From Mycobacteriales bacterium (GTDB lineage: Bacteria > Actinomycetota > Actinomycetes > JAFAQI01): DNA of 64,000 nt. The translations under genes were made by a program, and so were the position numbers. The notes below the pieces were generated by a model. It had not been told where the DNA came from and did not search any database. It saw only the letters and a program-made list of their open reading frames with translations. Below, piece after piece: positions 39,809 to 49,950 of this stretch. Each line of letters opens with the position of its first letter. The first letter of the stretch is position 1. The DNA is taken from the NCBI GenBank assembly GCA_035548055.1, contig DASZTL010000091.1, positions 10,923 through 74,922 of the forward strand, read 5' to 3'.

Positions 39809-42130
39809 GTGACCGACGACTCGTCCGCGGCTCTTCGGGACGCGCGTGCGAGCATCCTGGCGACCGAGGGGCTGACCGGGGCAGCGCTTCGCGCGGCCTT
39901 GACCGAGGCCGCCGACAGCTGGCTGACCGACCGGGTCTGCAGTGCCCTGGCGATCGCGCATGGCAGTGATGCGAGCGGTGTCGCGCTCGTGGCGGTTGGT
40001 GGCTACGGCAGACGCGAGCCCGCGGCGGGAAGCGACCTCGACCTGTTGCTGCTACATCACGACGGTGTGGAGTTCGAGGAGCTCGCGAACTCGATCTGGT
40101 ACCCGGTGTGGGACGCGGGCGTCGGGCTCGACCACTCCGTGCGGACGGTCGACGAGGCGATCGAGGTGGCACGCGAGGACCTGAAGGCGATGCTGGGGCT
40201 GCTCGATCTTCGCCATGTCGCCGGCGACGAGACGCTCACCGCGAGGTTGCGGACCCGGATCTTCGAGACGTGGCGTCGCGACGTTCGTCGTCGCTTGCCG
40301 GAGCTGGTAGCGGCGGTGCAGGAGCGAGGCGAGCGGTGCGGGGAGCTGTCATTCCTGCTCGAGCCGGATCTCAAGGACGCACGTGGCGGTCTTCGTGACG
40401 TCCAGGCGATGACTGCGATCGCGCTCGCGTGGGTGGCCGATGCACCGGCGGAGCCGGTGCGCAACGCGTACGACTGGCTGCTCGACGTACGCGGCGAGCT
40501 GCATCGGCGTTCGCCGCGTGGCAGTGACCGCCTCGTGAAGCAGGAGCAGCTCCCGATCGCCGCCACGTTCGGGTTGCACGACGCCGACGAGCTGATGCGG
40601 CGGGTGTTCGACGCGGCGCGCACCATCGCCTACGCCACCGACGAGGCGTGCCGCCGCGCGCTGGTCGCGAGCCGTCCGCCACGACGTTGGGGGAGGCGCG
40701 GTGGCGTCGCGCCGCGGCGACCGCTCGCCGAGGGCGTCGTGGAACAGGACGGCGAGGTTCATCTCGCGCGTGACGCGGATCCCGCCAACGATCCAGTGCT
40801 GGTGCTCCGGGTCGCTGCTGCTGCCGCCCAGGCCGCGCTGCCGATCGGTGAGCAGGTCACAAAGCGCTTGGCGCAGGACTGTCCCCCGATACCGGAGCCC
40901 TGGCCCCCCGAGGCGCGTGATGCGTTCATCGCATTGCTCGGCGCGGGCCGGCCAGCAGTCGCGGCCGTCGAGGCGCTCGACCAAGCCGGTCTGCTCGTCC
41001 GCCTGGTTCCGGAGTGGGAGCCGGTGCGCTGCAAGCCTCAGCACAACGCCGTCCATCGCTACACGGTTGACCGCCATCTCATCGAGGCGGCGGTCGAAGC
41101 CGCATCCCTTGCGCGTCAGGTCGCTCGCCCCGATCTGCTGTTGCTGGGATCGCTCCTCCACGACATCGGCAAAGGGTTCCCCGGCGACCACACCGAGGCG
41201 GGAGTCGAGCGGGTCCCTGTCATCGCCAGGCGCATCGGGTTGTCCGACGAGGACGCCGACATCGTCACGGACCTGGTCCGCCACCATCTGCTGCTGCCCG
41301 ACACGGCGACCCGCCGAGATCTCAGTGACCCGGCGACGATCGACATCGTCACGCGCGCCGTTGGTGACGTCGCGACACTCGAGCTGCTCCACGCGCTGAC
41401 GATCGCCGACGCCGCTGCAACCGGGCCGGCGGCATGGAGTGACTGGAAGGCAGGCCTGATCACTGAGCTGGTGCGACGCGCATCGGCAGCGATGGCCGGG
41501 GAGCATCTGCCCGAGTACGAGGCGACCACCGCGGAGCAGCGTTCGCTTGCCCATGCGGGGGAGCTCGGGGTCGACCTGTCGGGGTCCCAGCTCACGATCG
41601 TCGCGCCGGATCGTCCCGGACTCCTGTCGCGGTGGGCCGGCGTCGCGGCGCTACATCGGCTCGCGATTCGCTCCGCGACCGCGACGTCGGTCTCGACCGA
41701 TGCAGGCCGGATGGCGGTCACGGTTCTCGAAGTCGCGCCGAAGTTCGGCTCGTTACCCGATCTCGATGCGCTGGCGGCCGACGTCAGACGGGCGTTCGAC
41801 GACAACCTGCCGCTTGCCGACAGGCTGCGCGAGCGCGAGCAGGCCTATCGCGACGGGACGCGCGCGGTTGCGCCGCCGCTCGTGCTCTGGTTCGACGAGG
41901 AGTCGCACCACTCCACGATCGTCGAGGTGCGAACGCACGACGCCGACGGTCTGCTGCACAGATTGACCAAGGTGCTGGCCGACGAGCGGCTCGACGTTCG
42001 CTCGGCGCGGGTCCAGACGCTGGGTGCCGAGGTGGTCGACGCGTTCTACGTCGTCGATGTCAACGGCAAGACTGTCGATGATGCGCAGCGACGTTTGGAG
42101 ATCGAGGCCGCACTGATCGCTGCCTGTTAG
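39809..42130 (+). CDS. glnD: [Protein-PII] uridylyl/adenylyltransferase
   Basis: 773 aa with a nucleotidyltransferase (GGYGRREPAAGSDLDLL), an HD domain (LLHDIGKG) and two C-terminal ACT-like domains. Confidence 0.9.
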   Translation: MTDDSSAALRDARASILATEGLTGAALRAALTEAADSWLTDRVCSALAIAHGSDASGVALVAVGGYGRREPAAGSDLDLLLLHHDGVEFEELANSIWYPVWDAGVGLDHSVRTVDEAIEVAREDLKAMLGLLDLRHVAGDETLTARLRTRIFETWRRDVRRRLPELVAAVQERGERCGELSFLLEPDLKDARGGLRDVQAMTAIALAWVADAPAEPVRNAYDWLLDVRGELHRRSPRGSDRLVKQEQLPIAATFGLHDADELMRRVFDAARTIAYATDEACRRALVASRPPRRWGRRGGVAPRRPLAEGVVEQDGEVHLARDADPANDPVLVLRVAAAAAQAALPIGEQVTKRLAQDCPPIPEPWPPEARDAFIALLGAGRPAVAAVEALDQAGLLVRLVPEWEPVRCKPQHNAVHRYTVDRHLIEAAVEAASLARQVARPDLLLLGSLLHDIGKGFPGDHTEAGVERVPVIARRIGLSDEDADIVTDLVRHHLLLPDTATRRDLSDPATIDIVTRAVGDVATLELLHALTIADAAATGPAAWSDWKAGLITELVRRASAAMAGEHLPEYEATTAEQRSLAHAGELGVDLSGSQLTIVAPDRPGLLSRWAGVAALHRLAIRSATATSVSTDAGRMAVTVLEVAPKFGSLPDLDALAADVRRAFDDNLPLADRLREREQAYRDGTRAVAPPLVLWFDEESHHSTIVEVRTHDADGLLHRLTKVLADERLDVRSARVQTLGAEVVDAFYVVDVNGKTVDDAQRRLEIEAALIAAC

Positions 42131-42654
42131 GGATCGGCGAGGGTGATGCCTACCTCAGCTGCCGAGAGCAGGTCGCTCGCGCACAGCGCGACGACGGCGG
42201 CCAGGTCGAGAGCTCTGACGTCCGCCGCTGCCGCGATGGCTCGGTGCCGCAGGCCTGCGGGGACGACAAGCGGTTCCGCCGCCGCTCCGATCTCTATGAC
42301 GACGCCGCGCCCGCGCGCTGCCATATCCGGTATCAGCGCGTCGGCGATGGTCAACCGAGCGGCGGGCGGACCGGCGGCAACCACGACATCGATGGGCCCG
42401 AGGCGCTGTTCGATGTGGGACGCCACCCGCTCCCAGGTCGAGCGTTGTGTCGGATCCGCGACGACGCCGAACGACGCAACGCCCAGGCCATCGGCATAGC
42501 CGGTCGCGGTCCCGACGAGCTCCCGGTCGTCCACGACGAGGGCGGCCAGCACGCCACTTCGAGCCAACACCTGGGCAATGTCGCCGAGCGCACCCGACGT
42601 TCCCGCCACCACCGCCACCTTGCCGTTCAGGTCGGGATAGCGCGCCTCCCACAC
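42127..42654 (-). CDS. Short SDR-like Rossmann protein lacking the catalytic Ser/Tyr/Lys segment
   Basis: This is the 3' part of minus ORF 42127..44343. It reads LNGKVAVVAGTSGALG.., then GPIDVVVAAG, then jumps to a C-terminal SDR-like tail (LCASDLLSAAEVGITLADP). No YxxxK is seen. Start is GTG 42654 or 42666. Confidence 0.55.
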   Translation of the reverse strand: MWEARYPDLNGKVAVVAGTSGALGDIAQVLARSGVLAALVVDDRELVGTATGYADGLGVASFGVVADPTQRSTWERVASHIEQRLGPIDVVVAAGPPAARLTIADALIPDMAARGRGVVIEIGAAAEPLVVPAGLRHRAIAAAADVRALDLAAVVALCASDLLSAAEVGITLADP

Positions 42655-42696
42655 CCCACTCGTCACAGAGGCATTGTGCGTCGTACCGTTCCGCGT

Positions 42697-44499
42697 ATGA
42701 GCAACAACCTGCCCCGCAACGTCCTTGACGCCTTCCTGCGGACGGTCCAACGGCAACCGGACCACGTCGCCGTGCGGGAGCTGCATGGTGAGCAGATGAC
42801 GTGGTCCCAGTACGCCGATCGGGCGGCCCGATTCGCCGGTGGCCTTGCCGGGCTCGGCGTCACCGCGGGGGACCGGGTCGTGCTGATGATGCGCAACCGG
42901 ATCGAGTTCCATGTGACCGACATCGGCGTGTTGGCGGCCGGGGCCACTCCGATCTCGATCTACAACTCGTCCTCGCCGGAGCAGATCGCCTACCTGGTCA
43001 ACCACTGCCAGGCCTCGGTCGCCGTCGTCGAGGGCGGCGACTTTGCCGAACGGGTGCTCGCGGCGGCGCATGACTGCCCGCAACTGCGGTCCGTTGTCGT
43101 TCTCGGCGACGCCCCGCAGGGAACCATCCCGTGGGAGGAGGTCGCCGCGGGCGATCCGGTCGACATCGGCGCGGTTGCGGCAGGTCTCGACCCGGCTTCG
43201 CTCACCACCGTCATCTACACGTCTGGTACCACCGGGCCGCCCAAGGGCGTGATGCTCACCCACAACAACGTCATCGCGGCCTCGACCGCGTTTGCGAGCT
43301 ACATCGGACGTGAGACCGACGAAGGTCGCCGGTTGATCTCCTACCTGCCGATGGCCCACATCGCCGAACGAATGGTCACGCACTACAGCCCCATCCTTCG
43401 GGGCGCCGAGGTGGTGCCGATGGCCGAGCTGACCGAGCTGCCGAAGTACCTCGTCGAGGTGCGGCCCGGCGGCTTCTTCGGTCCGCCGCGGGTGTGGGAG
43501 AAGCTGGTCGCCGGGGTGCAGGCGCAGGTGGCCGCGCGCGATGCGGCCACGCAGGCGCAGTTCAAGGACGCGCTGCGGGTCGGGCACGAGGTGGCCCAGC
43601 TGCGTGCCCGCGGCGAGGAGCCGACCGGGGAGCTCGCGGAGACCTGGGAGTTCGTCGATGCGATGGTGTTCGCGCCGATTCGTGCGGCGATCGGGTTGGA
43701 CGAGGCCGAGTTCGTGTTCTCCGGCGCTGCTCCGGTGCCGCCTGAGGTGATCGACTTCCTCCGCGACATCGGATTGCCGATGAGCGAGGTCTACGGAATG
43801 AGCGAGAACTGCGGCGGGATGACGTGGGAGCCGTTCCGCGTCAAGGTCGGCCGCGTCGGCACGGCCTATCCCGGTACGGAGGTGATCACCGCAGCAGATG
43901 GAGAGGTCCTCTGCCGCGGTCCGATCGTGTTTCCCGGCTACCTCGACGATCCGGAGCGAACCGCCGAGGCGCTCGATGCCGATGGCTGGCTGCACACCGG
44001 TGACATCGGGGAGTTCGATGCGGACGGCTACCTCAAGATCGTTGACCGCAAGAAGGAGCTGCTCATCACCGCCGGTGGCAAGAACGTGTCGCCGGCCAAC
44101 GTCGAGTCCGTGCTCAAGACTGTCCCGCTCGTCGGCCAAGCGATGGTGATCGGCGACGCGAAGCCGTATCTGATCGCGTTGCTGACCCTCGATCCCGATG
44201 CAGTCGCCGGACGGTTCCCGGGCCGTTCGATCGCCGAGGTCGCGGTTGACCCCGAGGTCATCCGCGAGATCGCCGACGGCGTGGCCGAGGCGAACCAGCG
44301 GCTGTCTCGGGTGGAGCAGCCGCGCCGGATCGCCATCCTCCACGAGGAGTGGCAGCCGGACACCGACGTGCTCACCCCGACGATGAAGCTGAAGCGGCGC
44401 GGAGTGCTCGCGCGCTACGGCGAACTCGTCGAGTCGCTGTACGCGGGCGGCGGGGTCGAGATCAGCACGGACTTCGCCCTGCGCTCCGCGCTGACCTGA
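42697..44499 (+). CDS. Long-chain acyl-CoA synthetase (AMP-forming, FadD-like)
   Basis: ATG 42697. YTSGTTGPPKG, GYGMSE-like YGMSEN and TGDIGEFDADGYLKIVDRKKE motifs. Confidence 0.88.
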   Translation: MSNNLPRNVLDAFLRTVQRQPDHVAVRELHGEQMTWSQYADRAARFAGGLAGLGVTAGDRVVLMMRNRIEFHVTDIGVLAAGATPISIYNSSSPEQIAYLVNHCQASVAVVEGGDFAERVLAAAHDCPQLRSVVVLGDAPQGTIPWEEVAAGDPVDIGAVAAGLDPASLTTVIYTSGTTGPPKGVMLTHNNVIAASTAFASYIGRETDEGRRLISYLPMAHIAERMVTHYSPILRGAEVVPMAELTELPKYLVEVRPGGFFGPPRVWEKLVAGVQAQVAARDAATQAQFKDALRVGHEVAQLRARGEEPTGELAETWEFVDAMVFAPIRAAIGLDEAEFVFSGAAPVPPEVIDFLRDIGLPMSEVYGMSENCGGMTWEPFRVKVGRVGTAYPGTEVITAADGEVLCRGPIVFPGYLDDPERTAEALDADGWLHTGDIGEFDADGYLKIVDRKKELLITAGGKNVSPANVESVLKTVPLVGQAMVIGDAKPYLIALLTLDPDAVAGRFPGRSIAEVAVDPEVIREIADGVAEANQRLSRVEQPRRIAILHEEWQPDTDVLTPTMKLKRRGVLARYGELVESLYAGGGVEISTDFALRSALT

Positions 44500-44522
44500 G
44501 CCGGGGCCCCAACCCCGGCTCA
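44497..44522. repeat. 26-nt palindromic hairpin element, copy 2 (inverted relative to copy 1)
   Basis: TGAGCCGGGG-CCCCAA-CCCCGGCTCA begins at the fadD-like stop codon. It is the exact reverse complement of 19344-19369. Confidence 0.85.
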
Positions 44523-44576
44523 GGCCGGAACAGGCTTGGTCTGTGACGTCACCCTTCGACGTACGCTGACGCTGCG

Positions 44577-46067
44577 ATGTTCGACACTCTTTCCGACCGG
44601 CTGGAGTCGGTCTTCACCTCGCTGCGGGGCAAAGGCCGTCTCTCCGAGGCCGATATCGATGCCACAGCGCGCGAGATCCGCATTGCGCTGCTCGAGGCCG
44701 ATGTCGCGCTTCCGGTGGTGCGGGAGTTCATCGCGGCGATCAAGGACCGCGCTCGCGGTGCCGCCGTCAGTCAGGCGCTCAATCCGGCCCAGCAGGTCAT
44801 CAAGATCGTCAACGAAGAGCTGGTCGCGATCCTCGGCGGCGAGACCCGCCAGCTGTCGCTGGCGAAGACGCCGCCAACGGTCGTCATGCTCGCCGGCCTG
44901 CAAGGAGCCGGCAAGACCACGTTGGCCGGGAAGCTGGCACGCTGGCTGAAGCAGCAGCGACATGCGCCGCTGCTGGTCGCGGCCGATCTGCAGCGCCCGA
45001 ACGCCGTCGACCAGCTGAAGGTCGTCGGGGGTCAGGCCGGGGTCGACGTCTTCGCGCCCGAGCCCGGTAACGGGGTCGGGGATCCGGTTGGCGTCGCGCG
45101 CGATGCGATCGAGCACGCTCGCCGCATGGGTCACGACATCGTCGTCGTCGACACCGCGGGTCGGCTCGGCATCGACGCCGAGATGATGGCCCAGGCGGTC
45201 GCCATTCGTGACGCGGTGTCGCCGGACGAGACGTTGTTCGTGGTCGACGCGATGATCGGCCAGGACGCCGTCAACACCGCGGAAGCCTTCCGCGACGGCG
45301 TCGGATTCACCGGCGTCGTACTGACCAAGCTCGACGGCGACGCCCGCGGTGGTGCCGCCCTGTCGGTCGCCAAGGTCACGGGGCGACCGATCATGTTCGC
45401 ATCGACCGGCGAGAAGCTCGCCGACTTCGACGTCTTCCATCCCGAGCGCATGGCGTCGCGCATTCTCGGGATGGGCGACATGCTCACCCTGATCGAGCAG
45501 GCCGAGCGCACCTTCGAGGCCGACGAAGCCGAGCGTATGGCCGAGAAGATGCTCGGGGGCGGCGAACTGACCCTCGAGGACTTCCTCGAGCAGATGATGA
45601 TGGTCCGCCGCATGGGTCCGATCGGCAACCTGCTCGGGATGCTGCCGGGCATGGGCCAGATGAAGGAAGCGATCGCCTCCATCGACGACAAGGACCTCGA
45701 CCGGATCGCGGCGATCATCCGCTCGATGACGCCGGCCGAGCGGCAGGACCCGAAGATCCTCAACGGCTCGCGGCGCCTGCGGATCGCGAACGGCTCCGGG
45801 ACGACCGTCACGGAGGTCAACCGGCTCGTCGACCGGTTCTTCGAGGCTCGCAAGATGATGAAGCAGATGGCCGGTGGCCTGGGCGGCCCCCGGCGATCCT
45901 CGTCTCGGAAGGGCAAGAAGGGCGGCTCGAAGCGCGGACGTGGCCCAGCCCGCGGCCTGGCCCCAGGAGCGCAGGTCCCGCCCGGTCTTGGCCTGCCGCC
46001 GGGCATGAAGCTCCCGCCCGGCCTGGCCCCGGATCTGTCTAACCTGAAGTTGCCGGGGGCGGACTGA
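44577..46067 (+). CDS. ffh: Signal recognition particle protein Ffh
   Basis: 496 aa with GLQGAGKTT, DTAGR, TKLDGDARGG, a Met-rich M domain and a basic tail. Confidence 0.93.
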   Translation: MFDTLSDRLESVFTSLRGKGRLSEADIDATAREIRIALLEADVALPVVREFIAAIKDRARGAAVSQALNPAQQVIKIVNEELVAILGGETRQLSLAKTPPTVVMLAGLQGAGKTTLAGKLARWLKQQRHAPLLVAADLQRPNAVDQLKVVGGQAGVDVFAPEPGNGVGDPVGVARDAIEHARRMGHDIVVVDTAGRLGIDAEMMAQAVAIRDAVSPDETLFVVDAMIGQDAVNTAEAFRDGVGFTGVVLTKLDGDARGGAALSVAKVTGRPIMFASTGEKLADFDVFHPERMASRILGMGDMLTLIEQAERTFEADEAERMAEKMLGGGELTLEDFLEQMMMVRRMGPIGNLLGMLPGMGQMKEAIASIDDKDLDRIAAIIRSMTPAERQDPKILNGSRRLRIANGSGTTVTEVNRLVDRFFEARKMMKQMAGGLGGPRRSSSRKGKKGGSKRGRGPARGLAPGAQVPPGLGLPPGMKLPPGLAPDLSNLKLPGAD

Positions 46068-46080
46068 AAGGCGCTTCGTC

Positions 46081-46470
46081 ATGGAGCAGTGCTCGGGGTG
46101 TGGAGCCGCCCTGCCCGCTACCGCGCAGTGGTGCGCTCAGTGCTACCTGCCGCGTGGCGGCGCGCCTCTCGCGGCGCCGGCCGCCGGGGCGCCCGTCGAG
46201 CGCTCGATCATGGCCGGCACCAACCAGCTGGCCGCCAACGCACCGCCCCTTCCCATGGTGAAGACCAGGTGGCGGAAGACCCCCACGACGTTCGGTCCGG
46301 TCGGCCGGGTCAGCTGGACCGCCTTCCTGGTTGCCGTGCTCGTCTTCTTCATCGCGGGGGCGATCGTCACCGGGGGACTCGACCTGGTCGGCCTAGGAGC
46401 GTGGGGGTTCGTGATCATGCCCCTGGGCTTGCGGGACATCTGGAAAGCGGGCTCGCTGCCAGCCAGGTAG
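46081..46470 (+). CDS. Zinc-ribbon membrane protein (hypothetical)
   Basis: 129 aa. N-terminal CSGC..CAQC ribbon and two C-terminal hydrophobic helices. Confidence 0.55.
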   Translation: MEQCSGCGAALPATAQWCAQCYLPRGGAPLAAPAAGAPVERSIMAGTNQLAANAPPLPMVKTRWRKTPTTFGPVGRVSWTAFLVAVLVFFIAGAIVTGGLDLVGLGAWGFVIMPLGLRDIWKAGSLPAR

Positions 46471-46544
46471 ACTGCCCGGTCGGCGCGGCGAGCGTAGGCG
46501 CGCGAACGACCTTCTTGATTCCAGCTTTTGGAGAGCAGCACCTC

Positions 46545-47057
46545 GTGGCAACCAAGATCAGACTTATGCGGCTGGGCAAGATCCGGGCGCCGTACTACCG
46601 CATCGTGGTCGCCGACGCGCGCACCAAGCGCGACGGCCGGGTCATCGAGACGATCGGGAAGTACCACCCGAAGTCCGACCCGTCGCTCATCGAGGTTGAC
46701 TCCGATCGGGCGCGCTACTGGCTGTCGGTCGGCGCTCAGCCGACGGAGCCGGTCGCGGCGATTCTGAAGCTCACCGGGGACTGGCAGGCCCACAAGGGCC
46801 TTCCGGCGCCGACCGAGGGCGTCCGGACCGCCGCCCCGAAGGCCGACCGCAAGGCGACGTTCGAGGCTGCGGCCAAGGAGACCCTCGACGACGCGCCGGC
46901 CAAGAAGACCGCCGCGAAGAAGGCGCCGGCCAAGAAGGCGGCCGAGGCTGCGGCCGAGGAAGCCCCGGCAGCTGAGGCGCCGGCCGAAGCCGCGACCGCC
47001 GAGGCTCCGGCGGCAGAGGCATCCGACGAGCCTGTTGCCGAAGCCCCGGCTGAGTGA
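46545..47057 (+). CDS. rpsP: 30S ribosomal protein S16 with an Ala/Glu/Lys-rich tail
   Basis: GTG 46545 follows GGAGAG and gives [24 protein letters not shown]. Confidence 0.9.
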   Translation: MATKIRLMRLGKIRAPYYRIVVADARTKRDGRVIETIGKYHPKSDPSLIEVDSDRARYWLSVGAQPTEPVAAILKLTGDWQAHKGLPAPTEGVRTAAPKADRKATFEAAAKETLDDAPAKKTAAKKAPAKKAAEAAAEEAPAAEAPAEAATAEAPAAEASDEPVAEAPAE

Positions 47058-47061
47058 GCCG

Positions 47062-47286
47062 GTGCTCACCGAGGCGCTCGACCATCTCGTTCGCGGCATC
47101 GTCGACCACCCTGACGACGTCCGGGTCGACCTTCGCGACCGCCGTAACGGGCGCGTGCTCGAAGTGCGGGTCCACCCCGACGATCTGGGCAAGGTGATCG
47201 GTCGCTCGGGCCGCACCGCGAAGGCGCTGCGCGCCGTGATGTCCGCGATCGGCGGCAAGGGTGTCCGCGTCGATCTCGTCGACTAG
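47062..47286 (+). CDS. KH-domain RNA-binding protein
   Basis: GTG 47062. GKVIGRSGRTAKALR matches the GXXG loop. It occupies the conserved position between rpsP and rimM. Confidence 0.8.
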   Translation: MLTEALDHLVRGIVDHPDDVRVDLRDRRNGRVLEVRVHPDDLGKVIGRSGRTAKALRAVMSAIGGKGVRVDLVD

Positions 47287-47301
47287 CTCGACGTAGGCGC
47301 C

Positions 47302-47817
47302 ATGCAGCTCGTGGTCGGCCGGATCGCGAAAGCTCACGGCATCACTGGTGAGGTCTCGGTCGATGTGCGGACCGACGACCCGGGGCATCGCTATGCGCTC
47401 GGCGCGTCGCTCCACACCGACCCGCCGGAACGGGGTCCGCTGACGATCTCGGCGGTGCGGTGGCACGCCGGGAGGTTGTTGATCCGGTTCGAAGGCATCC
47501 CCGATCGCAACGCCGCCGAGGCACTGCAGGGCACGTTGCTCGTGGCGGACTCCGCGACCAGCCGCGGCGGTGGCGAGGACGACTTCTGGGACCACGATCT
47601 CGTCGGTCTCGATGCGGTACTGCCCGACGGAACCATCGTTGGAACCGTCAGCGACGTGCTCCACCCACCGGGTCCGTCCGTGCTCGTGCTGGACCGCGGT
47701 GATGCCGCGGATGCGCTGGTCCCGTTCGTGACCGAGATCGTCCCGACCGTGGACGTCTCGGGCGGGCGCATCGTGATCGATCCGCCCGACGGGCTGCTGG
47801 ACCTCGGTGACGCCTGA
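47302..47817 (+). CDS. rimM: 16S rRNA processing protein RimM
   Basis: 171 aa, VGRIAKAHGITGEV..; PRC-barrel C-terminus. Confidence 0.88.
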   Translation: MQLVVGRIAKAHGITGEVSVDVRTDDPGHRYALGASLHTDPPERGPLTISAVRWHAGRLLIRFEGIPDRNAAEALQGTLLVADSATSRGGGEDDFWDHDLVGLDAVLPDGTIVGTVSDVLHPPGPSVLVLDRGDAADALVPFVTEIVPTVDVSGGRIVIDPPDGLLDLGDA

Positions 47818-48512
47818 TGCGCATCGACATCATCACGATCTTCCCCGACTACTTCGGTCCGTTGTCGGTCTCGTTGCTGGGCAAGGCGAGCCAACGCGGG
47901 GACATCGACGTCCGGGTGCACGATCTGCGCCGGCACACCGATGACGTTCACCGATCAGTCGACGACTCGCCGTACGGCGGCGGGCCCGGCATGCTGATGA
48001 GCCCCGAGCCCTGGGGTCGAGCGCTCGATGCGCTGCTCGCCGACCCGCCTGGCCCGGGCCTTTCGCCGTTGCTCGTCCTGCCGACACCCGCTGGCGAGCG
48101 CTTCACACAGCATCGGGCGGTGGAATGGGCGTCGCGGCCCTGGTTGATCATCGGGTGTGGTCGCTACGAGGGCATCGACGCGCGGGTCGCGATCAACGCC
48201 GCCACGCGCATGGAGGTCGCGGAGGTCTCGATCGGCGACTACGTTCTGGCCGGCGGGGAGGTGGCGGCGCTGGTGCTGATCGAGGCCGTGGTGCGGCTGC
48301 TACCGGGATTCATGGGCAATCCCGAGTCGCCGCTGGACGACTCGTTCGCTGCGGGGAAGCTGCTCGAGGCGCCGGCGTACACCAGGCCGGCCAGCTGGCG
48401 CGGGCTCGAGGTGCCCGAAATCCTCCGTTCGGGGGACCACAAGGCCGTTGCGGACTGGCGGCGGGCCGAGTCCGAGCGCCTGACACGCGAGCGCCGCCCG
48501 GACCTGCTGTGA
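47817..48512 (+). CDS. trmD: tRNA (guanine37-N1)-methyltransferase
   Basis: 231 aa, [28 protein letters not shown] and [11 protein letters not shown]. Confidence 0.92.
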   Translation: MRIDIITIFPDYFGPLSVSLLGKASQRGDIDVRVHDLRRHTDDVHRSVDDSPYGGGPGMLMSPEPWGRALDALLADPPGPGLSPLLVLPTPAGERFTQHRAVEWASRPWLIIGCGRYEGIDARVAINAATRMEVAEVSIGDYVLAGGEVAALVLIEAVVRLLPGFMGNPESPLDDSFAAGKLLEAPAYTRPASWRGLEVPEILRSGDHKAVADWRRAESERLTRERRPDLL

Positions 48513-48630
48513 CCCCACCTACCTGAAGAACCGGATTACCGCCCTTCAGGTCCGCTGTGGCAAAGTGGATAGACCGCCTGACCGACCGCGCCGCTTCATT
48601 CGCGCGTGCCCCGAACAAGGATTCGACCTC

Positions 48631-48990
48631 ATGCAGACGCTCGACGCGATCGACGCCGCCTCACTACGAAGCGACGTTCCGGTCTTCCGCCCCGGTGACA
48701 CGGTCAAGGTTCACGTCCGCGTCGTCGAGGGCAACCGCACGCGTGTGCAGGTGTTCCAGGGCGTGGTGATCCGCCGTCACGGCGGCGGCGTCCGCGAGAC
48801 CTTCACCGTCCGCAAGGTCAGCTTCGGCGTCGGTGTCGAGCGAACCTTCCCGGTCCACTCGCCGATCATCGACCACCTCGAGGTCGTGACTCGCGGTGAC
48901 GTCCGCCGGGCGAAGCTCTACTACCTGCGCGAGCTCCGCGGCAAGAAGGCCAAGATCAAGGAGCGCCGCGACGCCACCCCGGCGAGCTGA
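48631..48990 (+). CDS. rplS: 50S ribosomal protein L19
   Basis: ATG 48631 gives [37 protein letters not shown]. Confidence 0.92.
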   Translation: MQTLDAIDAASLRSDVPVFRPGDTVKVHVRVVEGNRTRVQVFQGVVIRRHGGGVRETFTVRKVSFGVGVERTFPVHSPIIDHLEVVTRGDVRRAKLYYLRELRGKKAKIKERRDATPAS

Positions 48991-49013
48991 GCGAAAGCGC
49001 ACAGCGGCGTCAC

Positions 49014-49928
49014 GTGACCGACGAATCCGTCACTGAGACCGACGAGCTCCCCGAGCAGAGCCTCGCGGAGTCCGTCGAGTCCGACGGTGGCCCGCCGGAT
49101 GGCGCGGCCACCCGCAACCGCGAGTCGGACCATCACGGCTCGTTCTGGCGTGAGCTCCCGTTCCTCATTCTCATCGCGCTGGTGCTCGCGCTGCTGATCA
49201 AGACCTTCCTGGTGCAGGCGTTCTACATCCCGTCGGCGTCGATGGAGAACACCCTGCAGGGAGGTGGGGCGTTCGCGAACTCCGCCGACACCGGCAAGCA
49301 TCCCTACGACCGCGTGCTGGTCAACAAGTTGGTCTACGACTTCCGTGATCCGCACCGTGGCGAGATCGTGGTGTTCAAGAAGCCACCGGGGTGGCCGAAG
49401 GAGACCGACTTCTCCAACCCGAGCAATCCGGTGCTGCGCTTCTTCCACGGCATCGGGGCCGCGATCGGGATCGCGCCGTCGGGCGGCAGCGACTTCATCA
49501 AGCGGGTGATCGCCGTCGGGGGCGACAAGATCGCCTGCAAGAACGACGTCCTGTCCGTCAACGGGCGCGTGCTGCACGAGCCGTACCTCTATCCGGGCTC
49601 CCACCCGTGCTCGGGCGGCGCCTTCGACAACACGACGAAGGTCGTCCCGAAGGGCGCGCTGTTCGTGATGGGCGACCACCGCGACGACTCCGACGACTCC
49701 CGGGTCCACGGGTTCGTTCCGGTGAGCGACGTGATCGGCCGTGCGTTCGTCGTCATCTGGCCGATCTCCGACTGGAAGACGCTTCCGGTGCCCTCGACGT
49801 TCAAGCAGGTCGGTCTGGCCGCTGCGAACCTGCCGGGCGCGCCGCTGCTCGGCGGCGCCGCGCTGGTCGTACCGGTTGCGCTGGCGCGGGCGCGCCGGCG
49901 CCGGCGGCGGCCGGCGAATCGCGCCTGA
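49014..49928 (+). CDS. lepB: Signal peptidase I
   Basis: 304 aa with a TM anchor, the catalytic-Ser box [10 protein letters not shown], and the RVLVNK and [11 protein letters not shown] boxes. Confidence 0.9.
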   Translation: MTDESVTETDELPEQSLAESVESDGGPPDGAATRNRESDHHGSFWRELPFLILIALVLALLIKTFLVQAFYIPSASMENTLQGGGAFANSADTGKHPYDRVLVNKLVYDFRDPHRGEIVVFKKPPGWPKETDFSNPSNPVLRFFHGIGAAIGIAPSGGSDFIKRVIAVGGDKIACKNDVLSVNGRVLHEPYLYPGSHPCSGGAFDNTTKVVPKGALFVMGDHRDDSDDSRVHGFVPVSDVIGRAFVVIWPISDWKTLPVPSTFKQVGLAAANLPGAPLLGGAALVVPVALARARRRRRRPANRA

Positions 49929-49950
49929 CAGGCGCGTACGCTCGCCGTTG

